The notes under the pieces: model-generated
What the model was told of the DNA's origin: nothing
Database searches by the model: none
The model's input: only the letters and a program-made list of their open reading frames with translations
Source of the DNA: Oikopleura dioica
Lineage: Eukaryota > Animalia > Chordata
Direction: 5' to 3'
Assembly (NCBI GenBank): GCA_907165135.1
Contig: OU015569.1
Coordinates: forward strand, 6,758,001-6,822,000
Length of the DNA stretch: 64,000 bases
Part shown: positions 31,041-44,078 of the stretch, in pieces
How positions within the stretch are numbered: the first letter of the stretch is position 1
Layout of the letters: every line of letters begins with the position of its first letter
Program-made: the position numbers and the translations under genes

Positions 31041-33801
31041 ATGATGCTATCGATACTCACCGGAGCCTTTCTCGCTCTTGGGAGGGCAGATGAAATTAGA
31101 GACAGTGTCGAGATAGATTTCCAGGTAAAAATATATGCCTTTGGTAATCCAAGAAATTCTTTATGAAGGATCCCGTTGGGATCAAAGAAGAGCCACTAGA
31201 GCTGAAATGCCGCTACCGACTGCCAGAAAGTTCGACACTTACCTCCATTTATTTCGCTCTTGGCGAATACTCAGGTTCTTCTTTAATAGGTAAGACTCTT
31301 ACCGTAAGAGCGCACATTTGCCAAAGACACATTCATTCGCACTACTCGCCATAAACATTTGAACATCACATAATTTTCAAACAGAGCATTCGATACCGTT
31401 GGCGACGGTAAATATTAGTCGAACGTCACCATTCCGGATCACATAAAGCAGCCTTCAGATAACAATAGTTACTCGCGACCAATCTATCAAAATGTGTGAC
31501 CTAAGCTGGTCTTTTCTCAAAATCATTTAGACCCTGAAGATATAATTGTCAGCGCTGAGGGTGTCAGTGGCAAAAGAAACTGGTACGGCGACTGGCCCGA
31601 GAAATCGGAGCTTGAACACAACGAAGATCTTGATGGATGGAGAGTGGCTGTTTTACGAATTTTGTCATCGTCACTCGAATTCGATCAAGCCAAGTTCACC
31701 TGTGGACTTACTGCACAAGGTATATAAATGCGGAGTTTTTATCGCTAAACTCGTGCAATCAGATATTCCCCGACCAATATCCAGTGAAGCAGTAGTCACA
31801 GCAGAAGTTCAAGTCCGTCCCGATGAAATCCTGTTTCAGCACGACATCAAGGAAAAAACTCTTTTTGTCTCTTGTGGTGCAGAGAATGGGAAGCCATACG
31901 CAAGCGCAAGCATTATCATTGATGAGAAGCTTGGACGAACAATCAATGGAAATGATCTCGTGAATGCTTCGTATCAGTTGACCAAAGCTTTTGACGGAAA
32001 GGTATTTGAGTTTAGTATTTTACAGTTACTTCTGCTATTGTTAACTTGAAAGCTCAATTTCCGATTTGTAGCTGCTGGGAAAGTCATTGTAGAACTTTAA
32101 GAACTCACCCATTTTATTTGCGCTCAAGAGCTTAAGAATTGGCTCCCCGCCATTATTTAAATCTAAAAAAATAAGAAAAGAATAAATTAAGGCTGTCACT
32201 TGCGAAGTCGCACATCCGACATACGTTGATGGCTCCATTGTGCAAGAATTCAGGCTTGGGGCACCAAAGCCAAGTAGCAGCTGTGGCCAAACTCAAACAG
32301 AAACGTGCGAAACAGTCGAAACCGGGGAACTGGCTATTGTTGCCGTAGAAATGACACGTGAAGGCGACCAGTGTTCCTGTAAGCATAGTTTAGTTATTTC
32401 ATTCAGTCATATTTCAGCTGTAAAAATTTCATACAATTAATTAAGTCTACGTGAGCTCCTCATCGCCTGTTCTCCAGCCTCCGGCGACTCTTAGGTGGGA
32501 AGGCCCTGAAGAAGACCCCAGCTTTGAGTTCGATAGTAAAGTTGCTAATTCAGTGAACTTTACTACATCCGCATTCGATAATACTACTGCCGTAACAGGT
32601 AAAATGACCAAAGAAGACGGGTGACTTTAAACTTTTAAAGTTGTCGCGGAATCAATCCTTGGTGCAAGTGCAGTGGCATTTGTCTTTAGAGATCACTGCC
32701 TTCCGATTCCGACTACCACGGCTGCGGTAAGTGAGACAACCACGGTTGTCAATGACGTGACTACTGGAGGGCATCGGCCATCGAACGACTATGAATCAGT
32801 TGTTCTCGAAGGGCAGGGGCGATCTGCCGGCTCGTTCAGTTTGGGTAGAATCATTAATTTCATTCTGTTCGTAAATATGAATTTAACTGATCTTAACCGA
32901 CCTCTGTATGCTCGAGCAAACAACGATTTTCTCTCCTACCCAAAAGAAGTGACCCGGGTCTTGAGGATGAAATCTTTTATACGGTATATTCTAACTTTTG
33001 AATGACACAGTATGCTTTTGACACATTTATTCTCGGCAAAGCTTTTAATTATCGCAGCTTAGAACTGTTTTTCATGAGTTATATCGACATCTGTAACTAA
33101 GCACCAGTATACTGCGATAATGAAAAAGTAGTTGCGGATAATTCTTGATTGAGCAAAATTTTCTGTGTGTTTTAGTCACTGAGCGCTTTGGGATTAAAAG
33201 ATAGATTCAAAAAAGTATTTTGAATTAGTGTGAGTCTTCTGTGATGGGATTACTGTAATTACAGCACAATGCAAATTGATCTCGAGCTTCTTCAGTAAGT
33301 TACTGATTTTAGGTAAGCCCTGAAGATGAAGCTGAAATGGCCGGGGCTATTGTTGCTGCGATTGTACTTGGATCACTTGCCGTTGTTTTTATTATTGCTG
33401 CTGCCATTTATTTCATGTGCTTCAACAAACACGAGGAAGCTTATCGACCAAATGAAAAAGGTAAGAACTCAATAGTATAACAAGACGAGAATATACATTA
33501 AGACTCTGATCTTGATGATATTACCTCTTCCGTGGACTTGAACGAAGTGGCGGAGACAAAAAAGACAGCTTCGGTTAAACGCTCGAAAAGCGGAACTTGG
33601 AACGTCCCGAATGGCGAAGAAAACGCATCCTTATTAGCCAATTCGAGCTCACTCCACTCAGCTCCAAAAAGAACAACCTCAACACAAACTTTGCCCGAAT
33701 CAGAAAAGGTACTAATTCACAACAAATCATCCACAGAATGCTTCTTCCTTGACAATTATCTTTATCTTTCTCAAGAAAACAAGGAAGAATCATTATTTTA
33801 A
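31041..33801 (+). CDS. Immunoglobulin-superfamily type I membrane protein (cell-adhesion-molecule-like)
   Basis: Signal peptide MMLSILTGAFLALGRA, V-like GIKEEPLELKCRY, C-like AVTCEVAHPTY, a Thr-rich stalk, TM AGAIVAAIVLGSLAVVFIIAAAIYFMCF, and a Ser-rich tail. The 3' end is uncertain. Confidence 0.62.
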
Positions 33802-34372
33802 ATTTTGTTATCTCAATCTTTTACAATTTTGGTAGCCATTCAACACGTGGCTAAAGATATCAAAAGCCTCAAAAAATAAGAAATAATTGAGGTAACAAAC
33901 TCAGTCACAATTTGATTCAGAATAATTATTACTCTTATCGCTCATTGGTAAGCATTTCTACGGTAGTCTTGAAATTAACATTATCTACAAGTAGATATAA
34001 TCGTAACACAGCTAATAAATGATAATGTCTAGTAGACTCACAAAAATAAGCGATCGGACTCTCCCAGCCATTCATAACTTTAAATTTAGTACGACCAGAC
34101 AGTGACACTAAAAGAAAATGCAGTCTTTGCCTCCACGGAATCCGTCCATGTTTAAACCTGTTCCTTCTTTTTTATAAAATATGCCATCAAAATACATCTC
34201 TCTCAAACTATATTGTTGTGGGATAGTTAGTGACGAATGCTTACCGTTCAAGAAAAGAGACAGATTTTCAGAATCAACTGAAATGAATTGTGATAGGGCA
34301 TGATTGGTATCAGGGTATTTATAATTCCAAATCCGGCCAGTCTGAAGGAGAGTGCAAGTCATAGAAGCAAAA

Positions 34373-35355
34373 ATGAGTGAGAAATTAGAGAGCACAGGTC
34401 AACATAGTCAAAAGGGCGAAGAAAGCCTTCCAGAGGGGAATGAAAAAGAGGAGAATCCTACAATCTCCAACGTAGAGTATCCGAGCACTACAGCAAGCTC
34501 TTTTTCGTCTGAAGAGGACAATGTTTACACTCGAAAAGAGCATGCTCCCATGCCGGAGTTTAAGAAAAAGAAGAAATCGTTATATTTTGGGCTCGAAGTT
34601 GCTTATTGCAGGAACTTTGCAAAATATCGTATTTCGAAGAAACTCGTTTCATTATTGAAAGATAAGTTTGCGAAACATAAAAGACAAATGATCAACCTCA
34701 ACTGTAAACTCTGCGAAGAACTGGTGGAGGATCCAAGAGAAACATCCGTGAGAGATAGATCATAATTTTCTAGCTTATTTTCAGTGTTGCCGAGAGCTTG
34801 TGTGCAACAAGTGTATAAGTCAATGCTTCAAAGTTGAATATTGCCGTCAACTAGAATGTGGAATATGTAATCGATGTCCATCTCCCCCAAAATTTCTCCT
34901 ACCGCCTTCACAGATTATCAAGGACAGGTTAAGCTCGAGTAGCTTCCGTTTTTTTAGGATTTTCAAATGATTATTCTCGAACTTTTCAAAAGAAAGCAAT
35001 TGAAACATCGATGCTTCTATGCAAAGTCGATGGTTGCAACGAGATCTTCCCGTTTGTAGAAGTTGAGAACCACCGAAAACGTTGCCCCTCTGAAAAATGC
35101 ATTCATTGCGAGGAGACATACTTTGCCAGTAGCAAAACAAAGGTATAATCTGAATAAATACTTGATGCCAACTGATTCAAGCACCTGAAAGAGTGTTTGC
35201 CTTTTCTGAATTCGGAACGAAGTCGATTGATGAGAGCTTGCTATGAGCTTGAAAAAACACTGCAAGGTATTCTTTTGATCTTATTTTAATCATTTAAATT
35301 TTAAGATTACAACGAATATGCTGAAATGACAGAGAACATAAGCGATCCTCTCTAA
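34373..35355 (+). CDS. RING-like plus TRAF-type zinc finger protein
   Basis: CKLCEELVEDPRETSCCRELVCNKC..CGIC, followed by CKVDGCNEIFPFVEVENHRKRCPSEKCIHC..HLKEC. Confidence 0.62.
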
Positions 35356-35559
35356 CCGAACTACCTGCAACTCAAATACACTGCTCTGATTATTGATAAC
35401 ATTTTCACGGATAATAATGAACAATAAATTTATTTGATGAAAAAGATTTTGAACAATTTTCTTCCCAAGGGTCTTACAGATGAATGTTTCGGTAGTACGC
35501 TGCCTCGCCGACACTGAAGATTGATAATTTTGTGGTCCTAGATTCGAAAAGGTTCACCT

Positions 35560-36365
35560 ATGCATCGAAGCTAAAATACGACTGTGCTTGTTTATCGGGC
35601 GATAGCTTATGATTCTGGTACCGCCTTGACCGTTGCTTTATCAAGTTAAACTCTTATTGAAGCGTTCTTATTGAGAGCAAAAGTATATGAGGCAATTGAT
35701 TCTGAATCTTAGGAGCAAAACTTGTCCTGTGATTGCTCCTCTCCGAAAAAGTCCAACTTCGAAGGCTCTCCAAATCGGAATCGAGTAGAGTCTCTTCGTC
35801 TGATAGGGACGACTTCCTCTGTCTCCAAAAGTGATGAATAATTGATTATGTTGACAATCATAGAAAAACCGGGGATAAATTGATCTACTAAACGTTTTAG
35901 AATAATCATATTTCACCACCAGCGACTGTTTGATGCTCGGAAGAGTGCCAGATTTTTGATGTTGGTCGATGCTCCAGTCCTAAGGTTATTATTTCTCAAA
36001 AACTCAATGAGTGATGTCACCTGAAGAACTTTGCGAACTCTCTCCTCAACTGCGTCCAAGAGCTCATCTTCTACCTTTACAGATCGAGTTGGCATCGATG
36101 AGACTGTTTTTATGGACATCGCGGGAGCGTCAGAAGTAGGAGTGTCGGACAGGAGTCGATCAATATTTCTACGTTTTTCTTCCATTTTCATGAGATCAAT
36201 TGACTTACAAGGGTGAAATTTTATACTATTTGGCAACTTGGTTAGAAATAGACCTACGAACTTATTATTCACGCATAGCTTTTTTCCTTCCATAATATTT
36301 CCATTGCCATAGAGCTTGGCCTTTTCGACTTCTTCGTACGCTTTTTGGTTAGCTAGAGAAAACAT
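35560..36365 (-). CDS. Uncharacterised protein
   Basis: A 150-codon ORF from ATG 36365 plus downstream open exons. No recognisable domain. Confidence 0.35.
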
Positions 36366-36487
36366 GAATATGCAGACTCTCCTTAAATTACCTAGCCGTA
36401 TTTGATTATAACTTGGGGAGATCAGGGGTGAAACTCCATCGGAAATACTGCAAAAACATAATTATCAATGTAACCCAAAAGAGAAAA

Positions 36488-37647
36488 TTACGTTGGCGAT
36501 CTCTCTTGCTCCGTGCCCCAGTCATCCAAATATCCAGAGTCCTCCTCGTCAGCTTCGTTATCGACAGCTTTTCTAACACGTTCGATTCCTTGATTGAGTA
36601 TGCCGATCAAAGTTTGATCATCGTGTCGCAAGCTCCCCTTTCGTTTATCCTTCTGTTCCTGTATCTTTGTCTCAATATCCTCTGTTGTGAGCTGCTGGCG
36701 GAAAGACGCTTTCTTCAAAAGCTCTTTATGTATGTCTGCCTTGGCGTTTGCATTGGGAACCGATTTCGATGATCGTGCTTTACAAAGATCAAAAAATGTT
36801 TTCACTCTTAAATTATAAAACTTTAAAATGATTCATTTTTGAAATTTGCCTGAGTTTTCTCTTTTTGGAAGGCTGGACACTCTTGACGACTGGACCCGTG
36901 TTCTTTGCGTTATTGCTATTGATGGGAGAGTTTCTCCCCTCTTCGACAGCAATCTAGATTCGCATTGAGCCCGACTTCCTCTGCTTTGTGTCAGGATCGG
37001 AGGTGGCGGCGGTAGATTGAGAGAGGAGACGCTTTCGCAATTTATTGTTCGCTTCTGCTGGACCCTTGCTGTTTTCAATGTGTGACTCGTTGATGCTCTT
37101 GACGATACAGTGCTAGATAAAATTGAAACCCACGAAATCAATTCAAGAAAAACCTGTTTCTATACAAGCCAGTCTGACAAAAGTTTGGGCCAATTGTTGG
37201 AACCGCCAGCGATGGATTTATCGAGCAATTACTCCCAGTGCGAGATGAAACCTGGATTCTCTCCGATTGTAAACGGCTCGGTGCTGGAATTTTGGAGTTG
37301 AAAAACTCAGATGGCGGTGGAGGAAATTCTACTTCCGATAGTGTCTTTTGTCTCGATACTGGTTTTTCTATTGGTGCTCGTCGACGCTTTTTAGGGTTCA
37401 AGATTTTAAATCAAGCTCAGAAAAGATTGTACAGTCTGGCCTCGCAATAACTTGCCGTGCTATTACACAGTTTTTTAGCGAAGAATAATGGGTGATATTG
37501 CATGCTGTGATTGTATAATCTTATTTGAAGTTCAGATTCTGAACCATTGACCTGCGAAGTATCCAAAGAATGACGCTTTGACGATATTGAAGGAAATTCA
37601 ACAGAGACAGGCTCTTGTACCTTGTCAAGGCTTACACCTGATCCCAT
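36488..37647 (-). CDS. Pro-rich protein with N-terminal MGSGVS and an acidic-Trp C-terminus (VCA/CA-like)
   Basis: Consecutive minus-strand exons with FPPPPS and LPPPPP, ending LIGILNQGIERVRKAVDNEADEEDSGYLDDWGTEQERSPT*. The first junction is uncertain. Confidence 0.45.
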
Positions 37648-38221
37648 CGTAAAAAATATAGAAACTCTTTAATTGTTTGCGCTTTTATTGCATCTTGATT
37701 CTCTTTTCAGAAGTGCACTCTCTAGGTTTGCGTCGCTCTAGTGCATCCGATAGCGTTGTGAAAAGTGCGACCGACAGAACTACGGCTGTTTAATTTTAAT
37801 TCTCAGAGATAAATATTCAATCACTTCTTCCTCTTCTAGCAAGATGTAGTCCTCCAAATCTGAATCTTTGCTATCACTTGATATTACATGAAAATGCTCA
37901 AATTATCACACCAGATGTATACTGCAAGAATTCTATGATGCTTCAATAATAAAAACATAGATGAAAAATTCTGAAAAAAAAAGAAATATTTTATTAAAAA
38001 AGTGATAACTATACGAATTCCAGACTTCAAGTCACTAGCTAGCGTTTTTTTCTCGGTTATTCTTCTTGATTTTAGATGTATTGAATTGTCGATCTTGTGG
38101 ACCAGTTAATTATTTTTGATTGTATAATTTGATATGATATATTCATACCATGTAGATGATATATGGTATGATTTGTATTAAATGGTTTGATTAAGTTAAG
38201 GATTTGGGTGTATAACTATAA

Positions 38222-39170
38222 TTAATTAACTGTTTCCTTAGGTGTTATGATTTTCGTTAATGAGTTGAGGAACGTAAGCAACAGACTCATTGTTAGTTTT
38301 CCATGTGTCATCCAGTGTTTGCGGGACGAAGGTATTTTCAGATTGCTGGCTATAGACAGAAGCCCAGGTCGTGTCAAGTGTTTGCGGGACAAAAGTACAA
38401 TCTGTATCGTTTGAATGTGAGTTGCCGAAACTGCGGTTGTAGTTATCGCTCCAAACAGATGTTTCTGGAACAAATGTGCTTTCGTTTCTATTTTTTGTGA
38501 TAAATTTATTTAATAAATTATAAAATAAATCATACCTTTCTGAGTTGCTACTTTCTTGCAAGAGATGACTATTGCGAGTGTCTGGCCCGTTTCCGAAGGA
38601 TTTGAAGGATTTTTTGTTTTTATTCACGTATTTTGACGTGTTCCGTTTTTTCTTTGCAGTCTTCTTCGACTTTGGTGCATCTTTTATTGATGATAAATAT
38701 TCGATACTTTTTAAGGAGGACCTTCAAGAGAGATTTATCTTTCCTGAAAAAGTCTGATGAGTAGATTCGGCGGCTGTAGACATTTTTGCGTATCGAGAGT
38801 AGTCAGAAATTTCATATATTGAATCTATTGAAGAGACGGAGGTTAATCGGCAAAGACTATCAACGAAGCCATCATCAGGAGTTGGCATGCGCAGTGTCTT
38901 GTCAAAGTCGCTCCGTGAGGTTACGAATCTCTGCGAGTTAGTCAACGTTATCTAAATTTTATTAATTTGAAGCTGGTAAATGATAATGAAATATTTTACC
39001 TGTATATCTGCTTTGTATGGATTACCGTGCTTCGTACAGAAGTTAATGGATTTGTCTCCGCTCACTAAAGAGGATTGCTCATTTCGTCCTTCGCCATCTT
39101 GGTTCTCTCTTTCTCGTGCTTTCTGTCGCATCCACTCCCTCCGAGCGCTGGTCTGACGATCCTTCCCCAT
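38222..39170 (-). CDS. Uncharacterised low-complexity protein with FVP(E/Q)T repeats
   Basis: Minus-strand exons joined by plausible GT-AG introns. Three copies of TFVP(E/Q)T...W. Confidence 0.35.
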
Positions 39171-40113
39171 TTTGATGATTAAAAAAACGAAAAAGAAACT
39201 TTCTAAATCTCAAAATGTTGACCGCGCTTTTAGTCAAGATTTGCCCATGCGATAGTGCAAATGTACCGTTAGACATAACTTTGCGATCGCAATTTGATTT
39301 TCTGATTTGGGGAAAGATTTTGGCCGTTTACGCGGTTCTAGTTTGTTGATTTAGTTGGATGTCGGAAGCGCGTCCGGCGAATTCAACCGCCGACCACAGC
39401 AAAGTATAACCGGAAGAAATTAAATGAACCACTGAAAGCAACTACGAAACTTGCCACTTTTCTTCGCATGAATACGATGTTTTATACTATCTAGCAATTG
39501 TCGATCCTCTTTAGTTAATTTTATTGTTTTACAAGAGTTTCGTTCTTTGATGCTATTCACTCAGTCATGAATGCCCAAAGACGATCTACTAGAAAAAACT
39601 TGCTGAGATGAGAAATCCGATGAGTTTTTGAATTCTTTACGGGGAATATACTGAAGAAGGTTGATTTTGGAATATTCTTTGAAATAAGGGCGGAATGCCT
39701 TTTTGAAAATTCGATTCGGATGAGCTCGATTTTGGCAATTATGGTTAATGCCATCATCAATCAAAAACGAAAACAAGATAATTTTTAAATTGAAATTTCG
39801 GAAACAGAATAAGCTAATGTTATCAGAACTAATCAGTCATAAAAGAGATTAAATATCAATACCCTAGAGTCCGGAAAAGGTTATTGTTGGCATCAAAGTA
39901 AATCTAAATTGTGTTAATTTCCAGACTAGAAAAGAAAGCTGCAAGTGTATCTGAGAATCCGAATAAAGCACGTGATTATATCTCACAATGTGACTCACAT
40001 GCGCATTGGTAGTGCTCTCTTTAGAATCAAAAGCTTCGATCTCTTGAAAGTCACAGAGGTCAATTTATTTGATACTTTATCAGAAGTTCTGGAGATAAGA
40101 ACTGAGCGTTAGA

Positions 40114-41144
40114 ATGATGAGTTTATGGACGTGGTGGCGCGGTGACAAGAGCGCCAGATCGCCTTCTACCACCTCGGTTTCGATTGCCGTCGTTCTTCAC
40201 TCGTCCGTTCAAAAGAGAAAGAAGAACATGATCGGTAAGAAAATGTTCAACCACAAAAAATACACCTGCAAGAGAAACTCAGAGTTAAAATGTGCTTTCA
40301 GTCCATGGAAAAAGAAGAGAAGAATGAGAATGCGCGGGTCAGTCCTACCTAAGCATCGGAGCACGGAAGATGCGCTTGAATGGTAGAGTGTCAAACCAAC
40401 AAGAAGAAAGAAAGAAGATCTAAATATTATTGTGAGTACTTTGGAACATCGCATGTTTGAGAGTCGTCACGAGTATGATCTCGAACGAGCTAACATTAAA
40501 TCTGGCAAACTTTAGCCTGTCAGAACTATGAGTAAATGACGTTTTTATGTTTAGAAACTAGGCAAGTATCTCAGCGTCAAATCTGGCGTCCAAAAAAAAA
40601 AGAATCTAAAATCAACTCAAGGCTCACCCTGCTGCACACAGTATCAAGGTTAATAGACAACTAATGAGCAAGACAATCTAACACTGTTTTAGGCAATCCA
40701 GCAACACGAAGAACAATTTCAAGAAGAACCGCTGGAAAGAAAAGACTATGAAGACGATGGCAAAGAGCATACAGTCACCTCAAGACTTCCTTCGTTATCA
40801 TTCCACCAGGAAAAGGTTCTTTATCTTCGATATATTCGCTCAAAGCTTGCAGAAGGAACTTTGATAAAAGACCCATTTCATCGGCCGGAAATGGGCCTAC
40901 ATAAACAATCTCGCATATTCTTATCAACTAAAGGGTATTCTTATGAGAATAGCCGAAAGTGTTTGAGAGTATAGATTTACCCACGGCTTGGGCTCCTGAA
41001 CGGCGGCAAATTAACGTTTCCGATTTCAGCGGCTCTCCCAGCCGGTCACTAAATCACTCTAAAATCTATCCTGACATTGAAAACCACCACCTCAATTTAT
41101 TCCTCGCTCATGCGTTGTTGAATCGCTTTTCGATTAAAAATTGA
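40114..41144 (+). CDS. Uncharacterised basic protein
   Basis: ATG preceded by AG, and a series of short exons with GT-AG boundaries. No domain recognised. Confidence 0.3.
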
Positions 41145-44078
41145 ATCCGAAACATCTTATCAATCATTTTTTTTTAACCGAGAAACTTTAACACAGCGCT
41201 ATTATTACTACATTTTATGAAATATTGACTGTCAATTATGTTAACTTATCAAAAATTATTCGATGACAATTCCGCTAACTCCGCATATTCCGCATTAAAG
41301 GTACTCCAACACTTCGTTAAGTCGCTTATCTGACTTACTGTAAGTGTTTGTAATATTGCTTGCTTTTGTTGTAAACGCAACCTTTTGGCTAAAAATTATT
41401 TGCTTCGTTTAACATTCCTCGCTGAGCTCGCTCTTTTTTCACTGTCGGCGTAAAATCTCACATTGGCGTTTTTGACATATTCTGGAGCTTGAGCTCACGT
41501 CGCAATACTTCTGCTGCATTCCAGCTCGCTTTTGCCAATTGACTCATACTCTCTCAAGCCTTCGATCATCAACCATTTGGCCTCAATTCAACCAATTCCC
41601 TCAAAACTTATTTTCCATGCAACTCGTCACTCCAAGAGGGAGCTGGTCGCTGCAAACTACCGACATATCTTTATTGAAACAGATCGAAGTCGGTTCCGCC
41701 CTTGTGGCGAACTCGTTCTTGTTTTCGCGAAAAGCGGTAAGTAAACACCTCTCCTGTGCAGTCAGCGTTTAGAATAAAACTTAAGATATGTCAAAACCGC
41801 TTTCACGGAATTTGTCCAATCAATGAAAACATTGCTTACCTCCCTCTCCCTATCCCGAAGAAGTACATTGAATTCGAGCTAAATGTCAGCCAATTTGGCA
41901 CATGAGTGGTACTGAAAACCTCGGTGTGAAATAAATTTTCGCAATTACTACCGCCCACTAGGCTGATCAAACGTTAAATTAGTCTAAATTTCGACATTGG
42001 AAAAGTAGGGAATTGGGATAGATAACAACTGTTGTTCCCTACTGATCAGACGGGGAAACTGGGATTTTTTGCAAAATTTATGCTTCCGAAAATTAAATTC
42101 GATCTCTCTTCGGATCGGATATGTAAGCAGGTGTTGCTGTGGTGAGCCCAAGAATCAGTGTCAGATAAACCGATTATTTGCGATGTGGAGATGCGCGCTT
42201 ATCGCGGATCCAACTTTCCTTCCTCCAAATTTACCACAATGCTATTACCGCGTCAATGCAAAATTTCATCGCGCAACCAACGATAAAATCAATAATCTCA
42301 AAAAAGAACCTTCTTAGCTGGTTTCCACTAGTAAAAACTCAATAATACGGAAAGCCACATTGCAGAATAAGAATACATCTTCGAAATCTAAAATAACACT
42401 GGTCAGCGAGTCCCCTAATAAGTTCGATATCAAAGGAAGAAATTATATTTTCGTAGGGAAAATATAGGAGCTGGCAAGGATTCTCTTTCAATTATAGTCG
42501 CCCGACGCGGTCAATTTCAAATTTTACTAGTTCACAAAGATCACTTGCGGAGAATTTAATTCGCAAAATTTCGGCCAGCTGTTTGAAATTGTGGAAAATA
42601 CCGAAAGTTTGAATAGGAAAAACAACGGGGGAGCGCTGGACCTTTGCCTTTTTCTTTTTGGGAGCTGTTATTTTTGCTTACTCAACATCACAAATATCAG
42701 TTGTATGCCAATGCTAACTCGATTGTATTATATCAATGAATTTGCTTATTCGAGTTCATGAGAAAAAATCTTGGTAAAGACTCAGTGCGTTGTTGTTTTT
42801 TGTCTATTACGAGGGCTTTACTTGCTCCGCAATCCGAATAAAGAAGAAAAAAGATAATTGTAGAAAAAGTTTTCAGTTAGTACACAGACTGAGACTGGGC
42901 CTACTGGAGGTCTCACATCCGCTCGAGCGCATTCCCTCAAGGATTTGGTAAGGTGTTAGGTTTGCTCGGCCCCGCTGGGCGACCTCAATCGGCTTCCGCC
43001 GCCCGTTGCTCCGAGATCGCGATTCAGTTGACCCGTCGAGAGAACATTCCTTCATTCAAAATTTCAATATTTTTTTTTTCGACAAAGAGATCAGAAACAA
43101 AGAAGTTTTAGAGAGATCACTGTCCTCGACTGATGATAAGAAGACTCAACTCGTTGAGGCTGAAGAAAAACGAACGCAATGATTACGGTAAGAGCAAATT
43201 TACCTAAGTCGAATCACAAATGCACCGATTGATCACTTTTCTCAGCATTATTGGATCATAAGTTAATACAGTCTCCGTGACCTTTTAGGAAATACTGTCG
43301 TTCAAAAAGAGCCCGCCAGTTGACTGGTGCCTGCCAAAAAGAATATCCACGCTATAAACATATATATTGCCATCCATAAAAAAGAAGGAAACTAGATTCT
43401 TCCTAGATTGCGCGCTCAAATAATCCAAACGTGTTAAACCCGATTATTAATCTGGCCTAAAAGCACCTTAACTGTTTATTTCCTCTCAATAAGCATTTTC
43501 GAGCTCAGGATCATAATACTCTTCATACTCTTTGTAGGAACAGTAATATTGAAAAAGTCCCGTCTCTTGGAGGAAAGAAAATGCTGCACCTAACATGTTG
43601 CATGCTCGACCTCCGATTGTTGATAACACGGTGCATCGATGCGTACATCCTCTCACTCCATTCAGACACGGTTAATTATACGCATCCCCACTATGCATGG
43701 AATGAGCGGCGTTGCATACCCGTAGGAATTTAAATTGTATACGATAAGTATTAAAAGTTGAGCAACAGTGAATCCGCGCTAAACAAAAGCAGTGTTGTCA
43801 CCCTCCTTTTATTGAAACCGCCAAAAATATCGCTAATGTCGACAAGGAGTTATCAAAAGCTAATAGGATTGACTAAACCCTCCTTCTTTTATTGAATACA
43901 GGTTAAGCAAAGCCAAAGCTTGGGGCCGCCTGTTCGAACAAAAGCGACTTTTCGGTTATTTAGGCTTCCACTCGGCGACGGGCTTTTTCTGACCACTTGA
44001 AATTTTTTGTCCATAAAGCTTTAGAGAGAAAGGACGTTGTTTTGATGAGTTTTATGGAATTTCAACGGTTTTCTCAGG

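Noticed and set aside
33709-33801. C-terminal ESLF as a PDZ-binding motif on the Ig protein
   Set aside because: It depends on read-through of a likely GT donor at 33709. The true last exon is unresolved.
40125-40230. In-frame TGA in MDVVAR*QERQIAFY, a possible selenocysteine or readthrough
   Set aside because: Another frame from ATG 40114 is open and splices normally. No selenoprotein similarity or SECIS was recognised.
43800-43900. Short direct repeat CCCTCCTT(CT)TTATTGAA
   Set aside because: Only two imperfect copies with no TIR or TSD, so it is too weak to call an element.
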